Below, piece after piece: positions 52,695 to 62,428 of a DNA stretch of 64,000 nucleotides. The stretch is from assembly GCA_963695555.1 (NCBI GenBank), contig CAVOGR010000001.1:640001-704000 (forward strand). Reading direction: 5' to 3'. The notes beneath the pieces are model-generated. The model was given only the letters and a program-made list of their open reading frames with translations, did not search any database and was not told the DNA's origin. The DNA comes from an uncultured Gemmatimonadales bacterium. Its GTDB lineage: Bacteria; Gemmatimonadota; Gemmatimonadetes; Gemmatimonadales; GWC2-71-9. The position numbers and the translations under genes are program-made. Numbering within the stretch: the stretch's first letter is position 1; the number at the start of each line of letters is the position of its first letter.

Positions 52695-54011
52695 GTGACC
52701 AGCCCCCGCCTTCCCACGATGTCGATCGATCCGGAGCTCAAGAAGAAGCTCCTGTTCACCTTGGCGGTGTTGCTCATCTACCGGGTCGGCGCGCACATTG
52801 CCGCTCCCGGCGTCAACGTGCAGGCCCTGGCGGACTATATCAGGAATTCCGCGGCGGCGGGGTTCTTCGGATTGTACGACATGCTGGGCGGCGGGTTGTC
52901 CCGGGCCACGGTCTTCGCGTTGGGCATCATGCCCTACATCTCCGCATCCATCGTCTTCCAGCTGGCGGGCGGCGTTGTGCCAACCATCAGCAAGATGCAG
53001 AAGGAGGAAGAGGGGCGGAAGAAGATCACCCAGTGGACTCGGTATCTCACGGTGATCCTGTCGGCGTCGCAGGCCTATACCTTTGCGTTGTTCACCGAGT
53101 CGATCCCCGGCGCGATCCAGAACCCGGGGCTGGGTTCCCGCATCGTGATGATGCTCATGCTCACGACCGGCGCCATCTTCGTCATGTGGCTGGGAGAACA
53201 GATCACCGAGCACGGAATCGGCAACGGGATGAGCCTGCTCATCACGTTCTCCATTCTCGAGCGGGTGTGGCCCGGCGGACTCCAGCTGTTCGGGTTCGTG
53301 AGCGGACAAGTGGTGTCCATTGCGGCCGCGGTGACCTTCCTTCTGGTGTTGGTGGCGGTCGTCGCCTCGGTCACGGCCATGACGATCGCCGCGCGGCGTA
53401 TTCCGATCCAAATCCCGCGGAAGGTGATGGGTAGAGGACGGGTGCGCGAAGGGCAGAAGAGCTTCATTCCGATCCGGCTCCTCACAGCCAACGTGATGCC
53501 GATCATCTTCGCTCAAACGATCATCATCGTGCCCGGCACCGCCGCGAGCTTCACCAATAACGAGATTCTCCGTGAAGTGGCGAATTTCTTCGTCCCCGGC
53601 GGCATTCCCTACGCCATTCTGTTCGCCGTCATGATCATCTTGTTTACCTACTTTTACACGTCGATCATCTTCAACTCGGTGGATCTGGCCGAGAACCTGA
53701 AGAAACAGGGCGGGTTCATTCCCGGTGTGAAACCAGGGGCGGCCACCGCCGATTACATCGACGGGGTATTGGGCAGGATCACGCTCCCGGGCGGTATCTT
53801 CCTCGCAGCCATTGCCCTGATCCCGATCTTCGTGTCGCAGCGCCTGGGCATCCAGGCGCAGTTTGCCGGTGCGTCCGTTCTGATCGTTGTCGGCGTGTTA
53901 CTCGATACCATCGAGAAAATCGAGCAGCATCGCCAGTTGCGACGGTACGACGGCTTCATGCGCAGTGGACGCGTCCGCTTCCGCGGGGGCCGGCAGCCGC
54001 GCTACATCTAG
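52695..54011 (+). CDS. secY: Preprotein translocase subunit SecY
   Basis: FALGIMPYISASI, GIGNGMSL, FIPGVKPG. Confidence 0.98.
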   Translation: MTSPRLPTMSIDPELKKKLLFTLAVLLIYRVGAHIAAPGVNVQALADYIRNSAAAGFFGLYDMLGGGLSRATVFALGIMPYISASIVFQLAGGVVPTISKMQKEEEGRKKITQWTRYLTVILSASQAYTFALFTESIPGAIQNPGLGSRIVMMLMLTTGAIFVMWLGEQITEHGIGNGMSLLITFSILERVWPGGLQLFGFVSGQVVSIAAAVTFLLVLVAVVASVTAMTIAARRIPIQIPRKVMGRGRVREGQKSFIPIRLLTANVMPIIFAQTIIIVPGTAASFTNNEILREVANFFVPGGIPYAILFAVMIILFTYFYTSIIFNSVDLAENLKKQGGFIPGVKPGAATADYIDGVLGRITLPGGIFLAAIALIPIFVSQRLGIQAQFAGASVLIVVGVLLDTIEKIEQHRQLRRYDGFMRSGRVRFRGGRQPRYI

Positions 54012-54014
54012 CGA

Positions 54015-54090
54015 TGCCGAGTATGACATGGCGGTGAGCGGGGCCCTGCGTGCGCGCGGCCCTGCTCACCGCCGCCGTTTGCTCTCGGCA
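54015..54090 (+). other. Long stem-loop filling the secY-adk spacer
   Basis: 16-bp stem 54030-54045/54058-54073 (one G-U pair) enclosed by TGCCGAG/CTCGGCA. Confidence 0.6.
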
Positions 54091-54115
54091 CACCAGGGAC
54101 GGGGATAGGACGCTC

Positions 54116-54679
54116 ATGGACATTCTCTTGCTGGGCCCGCCCGGGGCGGGAAAAGGCACCCAGGGAGTCATCCTCGCAGACCGGTTGGGCATTCCGAAGT
54201 TCGCCACCGGCGACCTGCTGCGGGAGGCTGTCCGTCAGGGCACTCCACTCGGGCGGGAGGCCAAGGCCGTCATGGAGGCGGGGCACCTGGTGAGCGACGA
54301 CACCATCCTCGGCGTGATGCAGGAAGAGCTGGCCAAGCCCGGCGCGCGACACGGGGTGATCTTCGACGGCGTGGTCCGAACCGTGCCCCAGGCGGAGGGG
54401 CTGGCTCTGCTGCTCGCCTCGCTCGGCCGGCGGCTCGACTTCGTGATCTTTTTCTCGGTAACCGACGAAGAGATCCTGGCGCGCCTGGCAAAACGCCGCA
54501 CGGTAGAACAACGGGCGGATGACGATCCCGATGCCATCCGGAACCGGCTGAGAGCGTACCGCGAGCTCACGGCGCCGGTGCTCGACTGGTACGAGGCCCG
54601 GGGCCTGGTACACAGGGTCCCGGCGGTCGGCGCGGTCGAGGTGATCGCCGAGCGGGTGCGCGCGGTCGTCGGCAAGTAG
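54116..54679 (+). CDS. adk: Adenylate kinase (short LID type)
   Basis: LLGPPGAGKGTQ, TGDLLR, RADD. Confidence 0.95.
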   Translation: MDILLLGPPGAGKGTQGVILADRLGIPKFATGDLLREAVRQGTPLGREAKAVMEAGHLVSDDTILGVMQEELAKPGARHGVIFDGVVRTVPQAEGLALLLASLGRRLDFVIFFSVTDEEILARLAKRRTVEQRADDDPDAIRNRLRAYRELTAPVLDWYEARGLVHRVPAVGAVEVIAERVRAVVGK

Positions 54680-55432
54680 ATGATCACTATCAAGTCGCCG
54701 CGTGAAGTCGAGATCATGGCTCGGGCAGGCCGGATCGTTGCCGAGACGCTTCAGCTGGTCCGGGCCGAGTGCCGCCCCGGCCGGTCGACGGAGGATCTGG
54801 ATCAGGTCGCCGAGGCCTTCATCCGAAGCCACCCTGGCGCGACACCGTCGTTCAAAGGGCTCTACGGCTATCCCAAGACCCTCTGCACCTCCCTCAACGA
54901 GGAGATCGTCCACGGGATTCCTTCACCGGAGCGGGTGCTTCGGGAGGGCAACATCCTGAGCGTCGACGTGGGGGTCTATCTCGAGGGATTACACGCCGAT
55001 TCCGCGACCACCATTGCCGTGGGCGAGGTGACCCCTGAAGCTGTTCGACTTCTCGACGTCACCCGTCGCTGTTTGGAAGCCGGTGTCGTCCAGGCACGGC
55101 ATGGTAACTACGTCGGCGACATCGGGTATGCGGTGCAGCAGGTGGCGGAGGGCGCGGGCTTCGGGGTGGTGCGGGAGTTAGTGGGGCACGGCATCGGTAC
55201 CGAGTTCCACGAAGAACCTCAGATCCCCAATTTCGGCGCCCCGAGACGCGGACGGCGGCTGCTCGAAGGCATGACCGTCGCCATCGAGCCGATGATCACC
55301 GCCGGCGATCCGGCCACCAAGACCCTGGCGGACAAGTGGACCGTGGTCACGGCAGACGGGAGCCTCTCAGCGCATTTCGAGCACACGGTGGCCATTACCC
55401 GCGACGGGCCGCGGATTCTCACGACGGTCTAA
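54680..55432 (+). CDS. map: Methionine aminopeptidase type I
   Basis: VHGIP, GHGIG..FHEEP, IEPM, SAHFEHT. Confidence 0.97.
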   Translation: MITIKSPREVEIMARAGRIVAETLQLVRAECRPGRSTEDLDQVAEAFIRSHPGATPSFKGLYGYPKTLCTSLNEEIVHGIPSPERVLREGNILSVDVGVYLEGLHADSATTIAVGEVTPEAVRLLDVTRRCLEAGVVQARHGNYVGDIGYAVQQVAEGAGFGVVRELVGHGIGTEFHEEPQIPNFGAPRRGRRLLEGMTVAIEPMITAGDPATKTLADKWTVVTADGSLSAHFEHTVAITRDGPRILTTV

Positions 55433-56135
55433 GGCCACGACTGAGCTGGGCCACCAGCTGCCGTTCCTCCTGCCCGAGTTCGAGCATCAACTGCGCCGCT
55501 TGATTGAGGGTGGCGTCCACCCGCTCCGGTCTGACGCCGCCGTCGGCTACCGCCTCCGCCAGGCCGAATTCCGTGCCCCATCCCAGGCCGGCAAGGTTGG
55601 CTTCGACGTTGTACTGAGCCCCGCGGCCCGCCCCAACAGCCAGGAAGATCGCCGCCGCCGCGTCGGCCCGCACCGACGGGTTTCCGGCCTCGAAGACGCG
55701 CCGCGACGTAGCGGCCAGGTTCCGACAGAGCCTGAGGACCTCCAACTGGACGTCCGCCGCTCCCAGGAGGGCATTATTGAGGTTGATCAGACGGAGGGAT
55801 GATTCGTCCGGGTTGGCATGGGGCAAGGCTCGCGCCTCGATGACGGAGCCGTAGGCCACCACGTCCTCTTCCGCCAGGAGAATGAGGTTTTCACGGATCT
55901 CATCCGCCTCTTCCTTGAGCTTTGCGAACTCGGCTTCGACGTTCGCAAACCGTTTCCGGCCTACCGTGAGACCAAGACACATGACCAGAACTGCTCCGGC
56001 CAAGGAAGCCGCAATGGCTGCGGCGGACCCGCCACCAGGGGCAGGGGTCGCCTGCGCAATCGCATCGCTCCATTGCCTGAGGGAGTGTCCTTGGGCCAGC
56101 ACGTCGGAAGGAGTCGGCGTCTCCGCGTCGGTCAT
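55419..56135 (-). CDS. Cyclodeaminase/cyclohydrolase family protein (FTCD C-terminal domain)
   Basis: TPAPGGGSAAA, ED..AY..V, GNPSVRADA, YNV..NL. Confidence 0.8.
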   Translation of the reverse strand: MTDAETPTPSDVLAQGHSLRQWSDAIAQATPAPGGGSAAAIAASLAGAVLVMCLGLTVGRKRFANVEAEFAKLKEEADEIRENLILLAEEDVVAYGSVIEARALPHANPDESSLRLINLNNALLGAADVQLEVLRLCRNLAATSRRVFEAGNPSVRADAAAAIFLAVGAGRGAQYNVEANLAGLGWGTEFGLAEAVADGGVRPERVDATLNQAAQLMLELGQEERQLVAQLSRGLRPS

Positions 56136-56142
56136 CGCATGC

Positions 56143-56952
56143 TCACGGTGATGGTAAGTGGTGGGCCGTCTGGGCGAGCCGTTCCAGCAACCACGGATGG
56201 ATGGCCGGGTTGCCGGCCACGACGGCGGTGTGTGCTACTGCAATATCGCTGCCTCGGAGGTCGGTAATATGGCCACCTGCCTCCCTGATGAGGAGCGCCC
56301 CGGCGGCGATGTCCCACGGGGCGAGGGCCAGCTCCCAAAACCCGTCCAGGCTTCCCCGCGCAACCTCCGCCAGGTCGAGGGCCGCGGACCCGGCACGCCG
56401 GATCCCGCCGGATGCCGTCAGGATGTCGGCAAATTGCACGAGGTAGTGCTCCAAACGGTCGCGGTGCTTGAAGGGAAACCCGGTTCCGATGAGCGCGTGC
56501 TCCGGGCGCGCGATGGCGGACGTGGTCAAGCGATTTCCGTCGAGCCAGGCGCCCGCGCCTGCCTGTGCCTGGTAGAGCAGGTCTCGCACGACATCGAGGA
56601 CTACTCCGGCCACGACCTGACCGTCCTGGACTGCCGCGATCGACACCGCATACGCGGGATAGCCGTGCAGGAAGTTCGTGGTCCCGTCGAGCGGGTCGAC
56701 CACCCAGGTAAGCGGCGCCGACAGCGCTTCGGGCGAGAGTTCCTCGCCCAGGATGGCCGCCTCGGGTGTCGAGGCGCGGAGGATCTCCGCAATCATACGC
56801 TCGGCGGTCCGATCCACCTCGGTCACGAAATCGGACGGGCCCTTCGTGCCCCAGGCCTTCGGGTCGCGCGGGCGAGACACGCTTTGGAGGTATTCTGCGG
56901 CATCGCGCGCCGCCCGGCAGGCGATGCCGAGTAAGTCTTTGGTTGATACCAT
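56143..56952 (-). CDS. suhB: Inositol monophosphatase family protein
   Basis: DFVTEVD, GEE, WVVDPLDGTTNF, GSAALDL, PWDIAAG. Confidence 0.9.
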   Translation of the reverse strand: MVSTKDLLGIACRAARDAAEYLQSVSRPRDPKAWGTKGPSDFVTEVDRTAERMIAEILRASTPEAAILGEELSPEALSAPLTWVVDPLDGTTNFLHGYPAYAVSIAAVQDGQVVAGVVLDVVRDLLYQAQAGAGAWLDGNRLTTSAIARPEHALIGTGFPFKHRDRLEHYLVQFADILTASGGIRRAGSAALDLAEVARGSLDGFWELALAPWDIAAGALLIREAGGHITDLRGSDIAVAHTAVVAGNPAIHPWLLERLAQTAHHLPSP

Positions 56953-56953
56953 C

Positions 56954-56982
56954 TTGCACGTCCACCGCGGGCTAGGTAGCTT
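56954..56982 (+). promoter_or_regulatory. Sigma70-type promoter giving a probably leaderless trpS mRNA
   Basis: TTGCAC-17 nt-TAGCTT; ATG follows 6 nt after the -10 box; no Shine-Dalgarno. Confidence 0.6.
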
Positions 56983-56988
56983 GGCGTG

Positions 56989-58005
56989 ATGCCCCGAATA
57001 TTCTCAGGAATCCAACCTTCCGGTGAACTCCACATCGGTAACTGGCTCGGTGCGGTCCAGAACTGGGTCAATCTACAACAACAATACGACTGCTTCTACG
57101 CGATCGTGGACCTGCATGCCCTGACCGGCGTCCACGAGGCGCGTGGGGACCTGAGTCAACGCACTCGGGAGATGGCGATCGGACTGCTCGCGTCCGGCAT
57201 TGATACCGATCGCGCGACCCTCTTCGTGCAGTCGCACGTGGCGGAGCACAGCGAGCTCATGTGGTTGCTCAATGCCGTCACCCCGGTCGGTGAATTAGAA
57301 CGCATGACCCAGTATAAGGACAAGGCCGCCGGGCTGGAGAGCATTCCGGCCGGGCTCCTCAACTACCCGATTCTCATGTCGGCCGACATCCTGCTGTACC
57401 GCGCCGACCTCGTACCGGTAGGTGAAGACCAGGTGCAGCATCTCGAGCTGGCACGCGGGATCGCACGGCGGTGGAATGCCGAGTATTCCCCTGACGACCC
57501 GTACTTTCCGGAGCCGCAGCCACTGTTGACGCGGGCGAAGCGGATCATGGGGCTCGACGGCGGGAGTAAGATGTCAAAGAGCAAAGGCAACACCATCGGG
57601 ATCCTCGACTCGCCGGACGTCATCTGGCAGCGGCTCCGGCCGGCCGTCACCGACCCGGCCAGAGTCACGCGGAAGGACCCCGGCACTCCTGAGATCTGCG
57701 GCCTGTATCACCTTCATCAGCATTTCTCGCCGCCGGAGACGGTCGAGGAAGTAGCGAAGAAGTGCCGCACGGCCGGATGGGGATGTCTCGACTGCAAACG
57801 GGTCCTGGCGGACAACATGGCGAGTACCCTCGCGCCAATCCGGGCCAAGGCAAAAGAGCTGACGAACGCTCCCGACCAGGTGGATGATCTCCTTGCAACG
57901 GGCGCGGCGAAGGCCCGGGTCCTCGCCCGGCATACGCTGGACCGGGCCCGCGCCTTGATCGGGCTCATGCCGCCGCACCCGGTCGCCGCATCCCACGATT
58001 CTTGA
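56989..58005 (+). CDS. trpS: Tryptophanyl-tRNA synthetase
   Basis: FSGIQPSGELHIGN, VPVGEDQ, KMSKS. Confidence 0.97.
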   Translation: MPRIFSGIQPSGELHIGNWLGAVQNWVNLQQQYDCFYAIVDLHALTGVHEARGDLSQRTREMAIGLLASGIDTDRATLFVQSHVAEHSELMWLLNAVTPVGELERMTQYKDKAAGLESIPAGLLNYPILMSADILLYRADLVPVGEDQVQHLELARGIARRWNAEYSPDDPYFPEPQPLLTRAKRIMGLDGGSKMSKSKGNTIGILDSPDVIWQRLRPAVTDPARVTRKDPGTPEICGLYHLHQHFSPPETVEEVAKKCRTAGWGCLDCKRVLADNMASTLAPIRAKAKELTNAPDQVDDLLATGAAKARVLARHTLDRARALIGLMPPHPVAASHDS

Positions 58006-58024
58006 CGCGATTGGAACCAGCCGC

Positions 58025-59131
58025 ATGAAACAGGATCCTGTTCAGAAGATCATTCAAGTCGCCGTCAAGCGAGGCGCCTCGGACCTGCACATCAAGGCAG
58101 GCGATGTCTTCCGGGCGCGCATCGACGGCAAACTGGTGCCGCTCACCAAGCAACGACTGACACCGGATCAGACGCGGGCCATCGCGCTCATGCTCATTCC
58201 GCACGAGGAAGACCGCCGCCGGATCGATCACCTCAAGGACTACGATTGCTCGTGGGGCATGCCCGGCGTTGGCCGGTTTCGAGTCAACCTGCTCCGCCAA
58301 CGCTCTTCCTTCATGATCGTCATGCGGGTCATTCCTTTCGCCGTGCCGTCCCTGGAGTCGCTCGCCGTCCCCGAGGTCCTGGCGACGGTGGCGGAGCAAC
58401 CCCATGGCTTCATTGCCATCAGCGGTTCCAGCGGCAGCGGACGCAGCTCCACGATGGCGGCCATGATCCACCACTTGAACAGCACCGCGGAAAAGCACAT
58501 CGTCTCGATCGAGAATCCGATCGAATTCCTCCATCGCGACCTCAAGAGCAGTATTACCCAGCGCGACGTCGGCATCGATACCGCTTCGGTGAATGCGGGC
58601 CTGCGATCGGCGGTGCGCCAGGATCCGGACGTGATCGTCATCGGAGACATCCGCGACGGCGACACGGCGGAGACCGCCATCAAGGCGGCGGAGATGGGCC
58701 ACTTGGTGATCGGCGTTCTCTCGGCGCCCAACGTCCCAAGTACCCTGTCACGGCTCCTCGCCATGTTTCCGTCGGAAGACCGGGATATGGCGCGCACCCG
58801 GTTGGCGGACGTGCTGATCGGCGTGAGCGCCCAGCAACTGATTCCACGGAAGTCGGGGGACGGTCGCGTCGCTGTGTTCGAAGTGCTGGTGGCCACCGAC
58901 GCGGTGCGGAACTGGCTCCGGACTCACGGCACGCTGCTCGAACTCCAGGAGCTGATGTCCGCCGACGACGAAGAAAGCGGCATGTGCACCTTCGATTCCG
59001 AAATCGCACGGCTCCGCGACGAAGAGACCATCACGGCCCAGACCGCCGAGGCGTTCTCTGCCCAGCAGCACGCGCCGCCCAAGAAGTCGAGCCGCGGGGC
59101 CAAGGCTCGATCTCGCAAGTCGTCCTCCTGA
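58025..59131 (+). CDS. PilT/PilU-family type IV pilus ATPase with degenerate catalytic motifs
   Basis: ASDLHI, GRFRVN, ENPIEF, RQDPD; Walker A GSSGSGRSST, Walker B GDIRD. Confidence 0.85.
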   Translation: MKQDPVQKIIQVAVKRGASDLHIKAGDVFRARIDGKLVPLTKQRLTPDQTRAIALMLIPHEEDRRRIDHLKDYDCSWGMPGVGRFRVNLLRQRSSFMIVMRVIPFAVPSLESLAVPEVLATVAEQPHGFIAISGSSGSGRSSTMAAMIHHLNSTAEKHIVSIENPIEFLHRDLKSSITQRDVGIDTASVNAGLRSAVRQDPDVIVIGDIRDGDTAETAIKAAEMGHLVIGVLSAPNVPSTLSRLLAMFPSEDRDMARTRLADVLIGVSAQQLIPRKSGDGRVAVFEVLVATDAVRNWLRTHGTLLELQELMSADDEESGMCTFDSEIARLRDEETITAQTAEAFSAQQHAPPKKSSRGAKARSRKSSS

Positions 59132-59146
59132 TCGCGGCGGAAACTC

Positions 59147-60427
59147 ATGTTCGACCCGAAGAGCCATTGTGTCGTGGTGGTTGGTGCCCAGTGGGGCGAT
59201 GAGGGGAAGGGCAAGGTTGTCGACGTCCTCACCGAGCAGGCCGACCTCGTCGTCCGCTACCAGGGCGGGGCCAATGCCGGCCATACGGTCGTGATCGGCG
59301 ACACTGAGTTCATCCTCCACCAGATTCCATCGGGTATCCTGCGTCCCAAGGCGCGCTGCGTCGTGGGCAACGGGGTGGTCCTCGATCCGGATACCTTCTT
59401 TACCGAATTGGATGCGCTCACCGCGCGCGGCATCGAGACCAGGGGGCGCCTCTTCATTTCCGACCGGGCCCACTTGGTGCTGCCCTATCACAAACTCCTC
59501 GATGCGGCCAGCGAAAAGCGGCAGCAAATCGGCACCACCGGCCGCGGGATCGGCCCGGCCTATGAAGACAAGACCGGCCGGCGCGGCATCCGCGTAGGTG
59601 ACGTCATTCACCCGGCCGGGCTCCTCCAGCGTCTGACGGCGCAGGTGGAGCGCTCCAACATGCTGCTCGAGTCGATGGGGAGCGCGGAGCGGGCATCGCT
59701 CGAGCACCATCTTGCGCTCCTCGAGCGAATCGGACCGCGGCTCGAGCCGCTAACCGCCGACACAGGCCTCCTGGTCCACCGTTCGCTCCAGGCCGGGGAG
59801 CGGGTGCTGCTCGAGGGCGCCCAGGGCGCGTTGCTCGACGTCGACCACGGGACCTATCCGTACGTCACCTCCTCCAACACCACGGCGGGCGGCGCGGCGG
59901 TGGGCGCGGGCATTGGGCCTACGGCCATCGATCAGGTGCTGGGGGTGGTCAAGGCCTATACCACCCGGGTCGGGAACGGCCCCCTCCCGACCGAAGCGGA
60001 CGATCCGGATGGCACTCGGTTGCGCGAGGCCGGGGGTGAGTTCGGCGCCACCACCGGCCGCCCCCGGCGCTGCGGCTGGTTCGACGCTTCGGTGGTGCGG
60101 TACTCGGTCAGAGTGAACGGCCTCACCGGGCTGGCGGTAACCAAGCTGGACGTGCTGGACGGCTTCGCGGAGATCCCGGTGGGGGTGGGATATCATGTCG
60201 ACGGGGCGGTATCGGACGACTTGCCTGCTCAGGTAGCGGCGCTCGAGCAGGTCGAGCCCCGGTATGAGATCTTGCCCGGTTGGGAAAAGCCTACCGACGG
60301 CGCCCGCCGCATGGCCGACCTGCCTGCCCAAGCCCGGGCCTATCTCGACCGGATCCAGGACCTGGCCGGCGCTCCGATCCGGTACGTGAGCGTGGGCACG
60401 CGGCGGGATCAGATCATTGAAGTCTGA
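59147..60427 (+). CDS. purA: Adenylosuccinate synthetase
   Basis: QWGDEGKGK, GGANAGHT, EGAQG, GATTGRPRRCGW. Confidence 0.98.
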   Translation: MFDPKSHCVVVVGAQWGDEGKGKVVDVLTEQADLVVRYQGGANAGHTVVIGDTEFILHQIPSGILRPKARCVVGNGVVLDPDTFFTELDALTARGIETRGRLFISDRAHLVLPYHKLLDAASEKRQQIGTTGRGIGPAYEDKTGRRGIRVGDVIHPAGLLQRLTAQVERSNMLLESMGSAERASLEHHLALLERIGPRLEPLTADTGLLVHRSLQAGERVLLEGAQGALLDVDHGTYPYVTSSNTTAGGAAVGAGIGPTAIDQVLGVVKAYTTRVGNGPLPTEADDPDGTRLREAGGEFGATTGRPRRCGWFDASVVRYSVRVNGLTGLAVTKLDVLDGFAEIPVGVGYHVDGAVSDDLPAQVAALEQVEPRYEILPGWEKPTDGARRMADLPAQARAYLDRIQDLAGAPIRYVSVGTRRDQIIEV

Positions 60428-60456
60428 CGGCCCGGCTCCCTCGGGGAGTCGGGCCG
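60428..60456. terminator. Hairpin between convergent purA and pilX-like genes
   Basis: CGGCCCGGCTCCC-TCG-GGGAGTCGGGCCG immediately after the purA stop. Confidence 0.6.
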
Positions 60457-60532
60457 CCAATTAATGGCCGGGATGCAGGGGGCAGGGACGTAGGCCCTCC
60501 GCCCTCACTGGTCACTTCTTACTCTGCACTCT

Positions 60533-62398
60533 TTACTGATTTGCCGCGAACCAGGCCGCCACGTTGAAGCCGGCCGGGTCCAGCTCGTAGTACCGATTCT
60601 TGTAGTAGCGCCCGGTCGTTGGGAAATACGGCGGCGGTGCGATGAACATGCAGCGATCGTAGGTCCACTGCGGGTTCCACCCGGTGCCCGATCCGGCCAT
60701 CCGGGAGCCGTTGATGCCCTGGATGGCAGAGCCTACCATGTTGAAGCAGCCCCGCCCGATCGGGATGCCGACACACACCTCCGAGTTGGTGGAGCCACTG
60801 AACACGCTTTCCGTCTGAATCGAGTTGAGGGTCAAGACCGCGGCGTGGAGATCCTCATCGGGACTCTCGTCGTAGCCGGTGATGTAGGCGTTCTGGACCA
60901 TGAACGGGGCGCTCACGCTGTTGTCTTCCAGCATGAAGAACTGAGTGCTGATGACGCCAAGGGCGTCGGCCGCACAATCGGGATCGCTTCCCGGCGCCGT
61001 CACGTAGGTCAGGTCATCAGCCAACATGACGTTGCCGCTTGCGGCCACCGTGACCCTGCCGCGCACGAGTCCGCTCACACCGGTGCTCCCGTTCACGTAC
61101 ACCACGCCCTTGAAGTTCGGGTTGTAGTACCGGGTCACGGGCCAGAGGTACTGGGCCATGGTTGCGCCCACGGGGGTGCCGTTCGGCAGGATGCCCGCAG
61201 CAATGGCGGCAGGCGGCACGCCACCCCAGCCAGGCCAGGCCACCCACCCGCCGTAGGTGTCGTTGGCCCGAAAGGTCGAATCCGGGTAGAGGCGCGGGTC
61301 TCCGCCGAGGAAGCACCGCCGGGCTGCGCTCCGGAGCGCGTTGCGAACGGCCAGTTGTTTTTGTGCGGTCGTACCGGCCCGCTTGGCGTAGATGGAGTCG
61401 GCCGTCCACCAGTCGCCGTCGCCCCCGTCGGCCACGGACCACGTCCCGCCACAATTCGCCGAGATCATATTGGGGTCTTCGCTCGCGACGGTCCCGGCGG
61501 GGACCGAGGGCCAGCGGCGGCCGGTCACGTACGCCAGGGCCTGCGGGGTCGTGAGTGAAGTCTGGAACACCCGCATGAACCCCTCGTCCTCCCCGCTGAA
61601 ATCCCCGTCGCCGTTCAGGTCGACTGGGATGAACTCGATCCGGGTGTTGGGATTGTAGATCGTCGTGCCGAGGGCACCGCCGGTGAATGATGTCTGCCCC
61701 GCCGTGGCGTAGGTGTTGAGCGTCGCCAGAGCGGTGGGTGTGGGCATGGGAATGACTTGAACGTTCTCGGTGTATCCCTTGAGGAAGTCGCCGTTCGCGG
61801 CGACGGAGATGGTGCTGGCCGTCGTGACCTCGGCGTGGAAGGTCGGCCGCCCGCCGGCGGCGTCTACGTAGAGGACGCCGTTCGTGTGGAGCGGGCCGAA
61901 CACCTGGATTCCCCGTGCAAAGCGAATGCTCGATGTCGTCACATCGTCGAACCGCGCGAACTTGGCGAAGGACTCTTGGGACAGCTCGGCCCGGCGCACC
62001 ACCACTGCGCCGCGCGGGCTATTGATGACCGAGATGACGCTGGCAAACACGCCGTACTGGCCGGTGATGTTCCCCGACAGCCCGGCGTAGACCGACCGCG
62101 TGAACCCGGGAATCGGGTTCCCATCGGCATCATAGGCCTGGGCGTTGGTCTCGAGGGTTGTGAAGCCGCCGCCGGGCGGTATCAATCCCGGGGTACCGTT
62201 CAGGGTGTCCCGGGCTTGTTCGAGGCCCGCCTCGGCGGCGGCCTGCATCATGGCCTCGTTGGCGTGGAACTTGGACACCAGGCTGTTGTTCTGGGCGATG
62301 AGGACCATGCCGATCGCCATGCTGGTCACCACAACGGCGAGAATCAGGCTCAAGAGCAGGGCCATCCCGCGTTCGCCATGTCGGGTTCGTTCGATCAT
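60533..62398 (-). CDS. PilX-like type IV minor pilin / large pilus-associated protein
   Basis: ERG|MALLLSL prepilin-like site lacking Glu5; AAEAGLE PilX N-terminal motif. Confidence 0.75.
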   Translation of the reverse strand: MIERTRHGERGMALLLSLILAVVVTSMAIGMVLIAQNNSLVSKFHANEAMMQAAAEAGLEQARDTLNGTPGLIPPGGGFTTLETNAQAYDADGNPIPGFTRSVYAGLSGNITGQYGVFASVISVINSPRGAVVVRRAELSQESFAKFARFDDVTTSSIRFARGIQVFGPLHTNGVLYVDAAGGRPTFHAEVTTASTISVAANGDFLKGYTENVQVIPMPTPTALATLNTYATAGQTSFTGGALGTTIYNPNTRIEFIPVDLNGDGDFSGEDEGFMRVFQTSLTTPQALAYVTGRRWPSVPAGTVASEDPNMISANCGGTWSVADGGDGDWWTADSIYAKRAGTTAQKQLAVRNALRSAARRCFLGGDPRLYPDSTFRANDTYGGWVAWPGWGGVPPAAIAAGILPNGTPVGATMAQYLWPVTRYYNPNFKGVVYVNGSTGVSGLVRGRVTVAASGNVMLADDLTYVTAPGSDPDCAADALGVISTQFFMLEDNSVSAPFMVQNAYITGYDESPDEDLHAAVLTLNSIQTESVFSGSTNSEVCVGIPIGRGCFNMVGSAIQGINGSRMAGSGTGWNPQWTYDRCMFIAPPPYFPTTGRYYKNRYYELDPAGFNVAAWFAANQ

Positions 62399-62428
62399 GC
62401 GTTCACTCCCACTGGCGTTCCACCGGAC

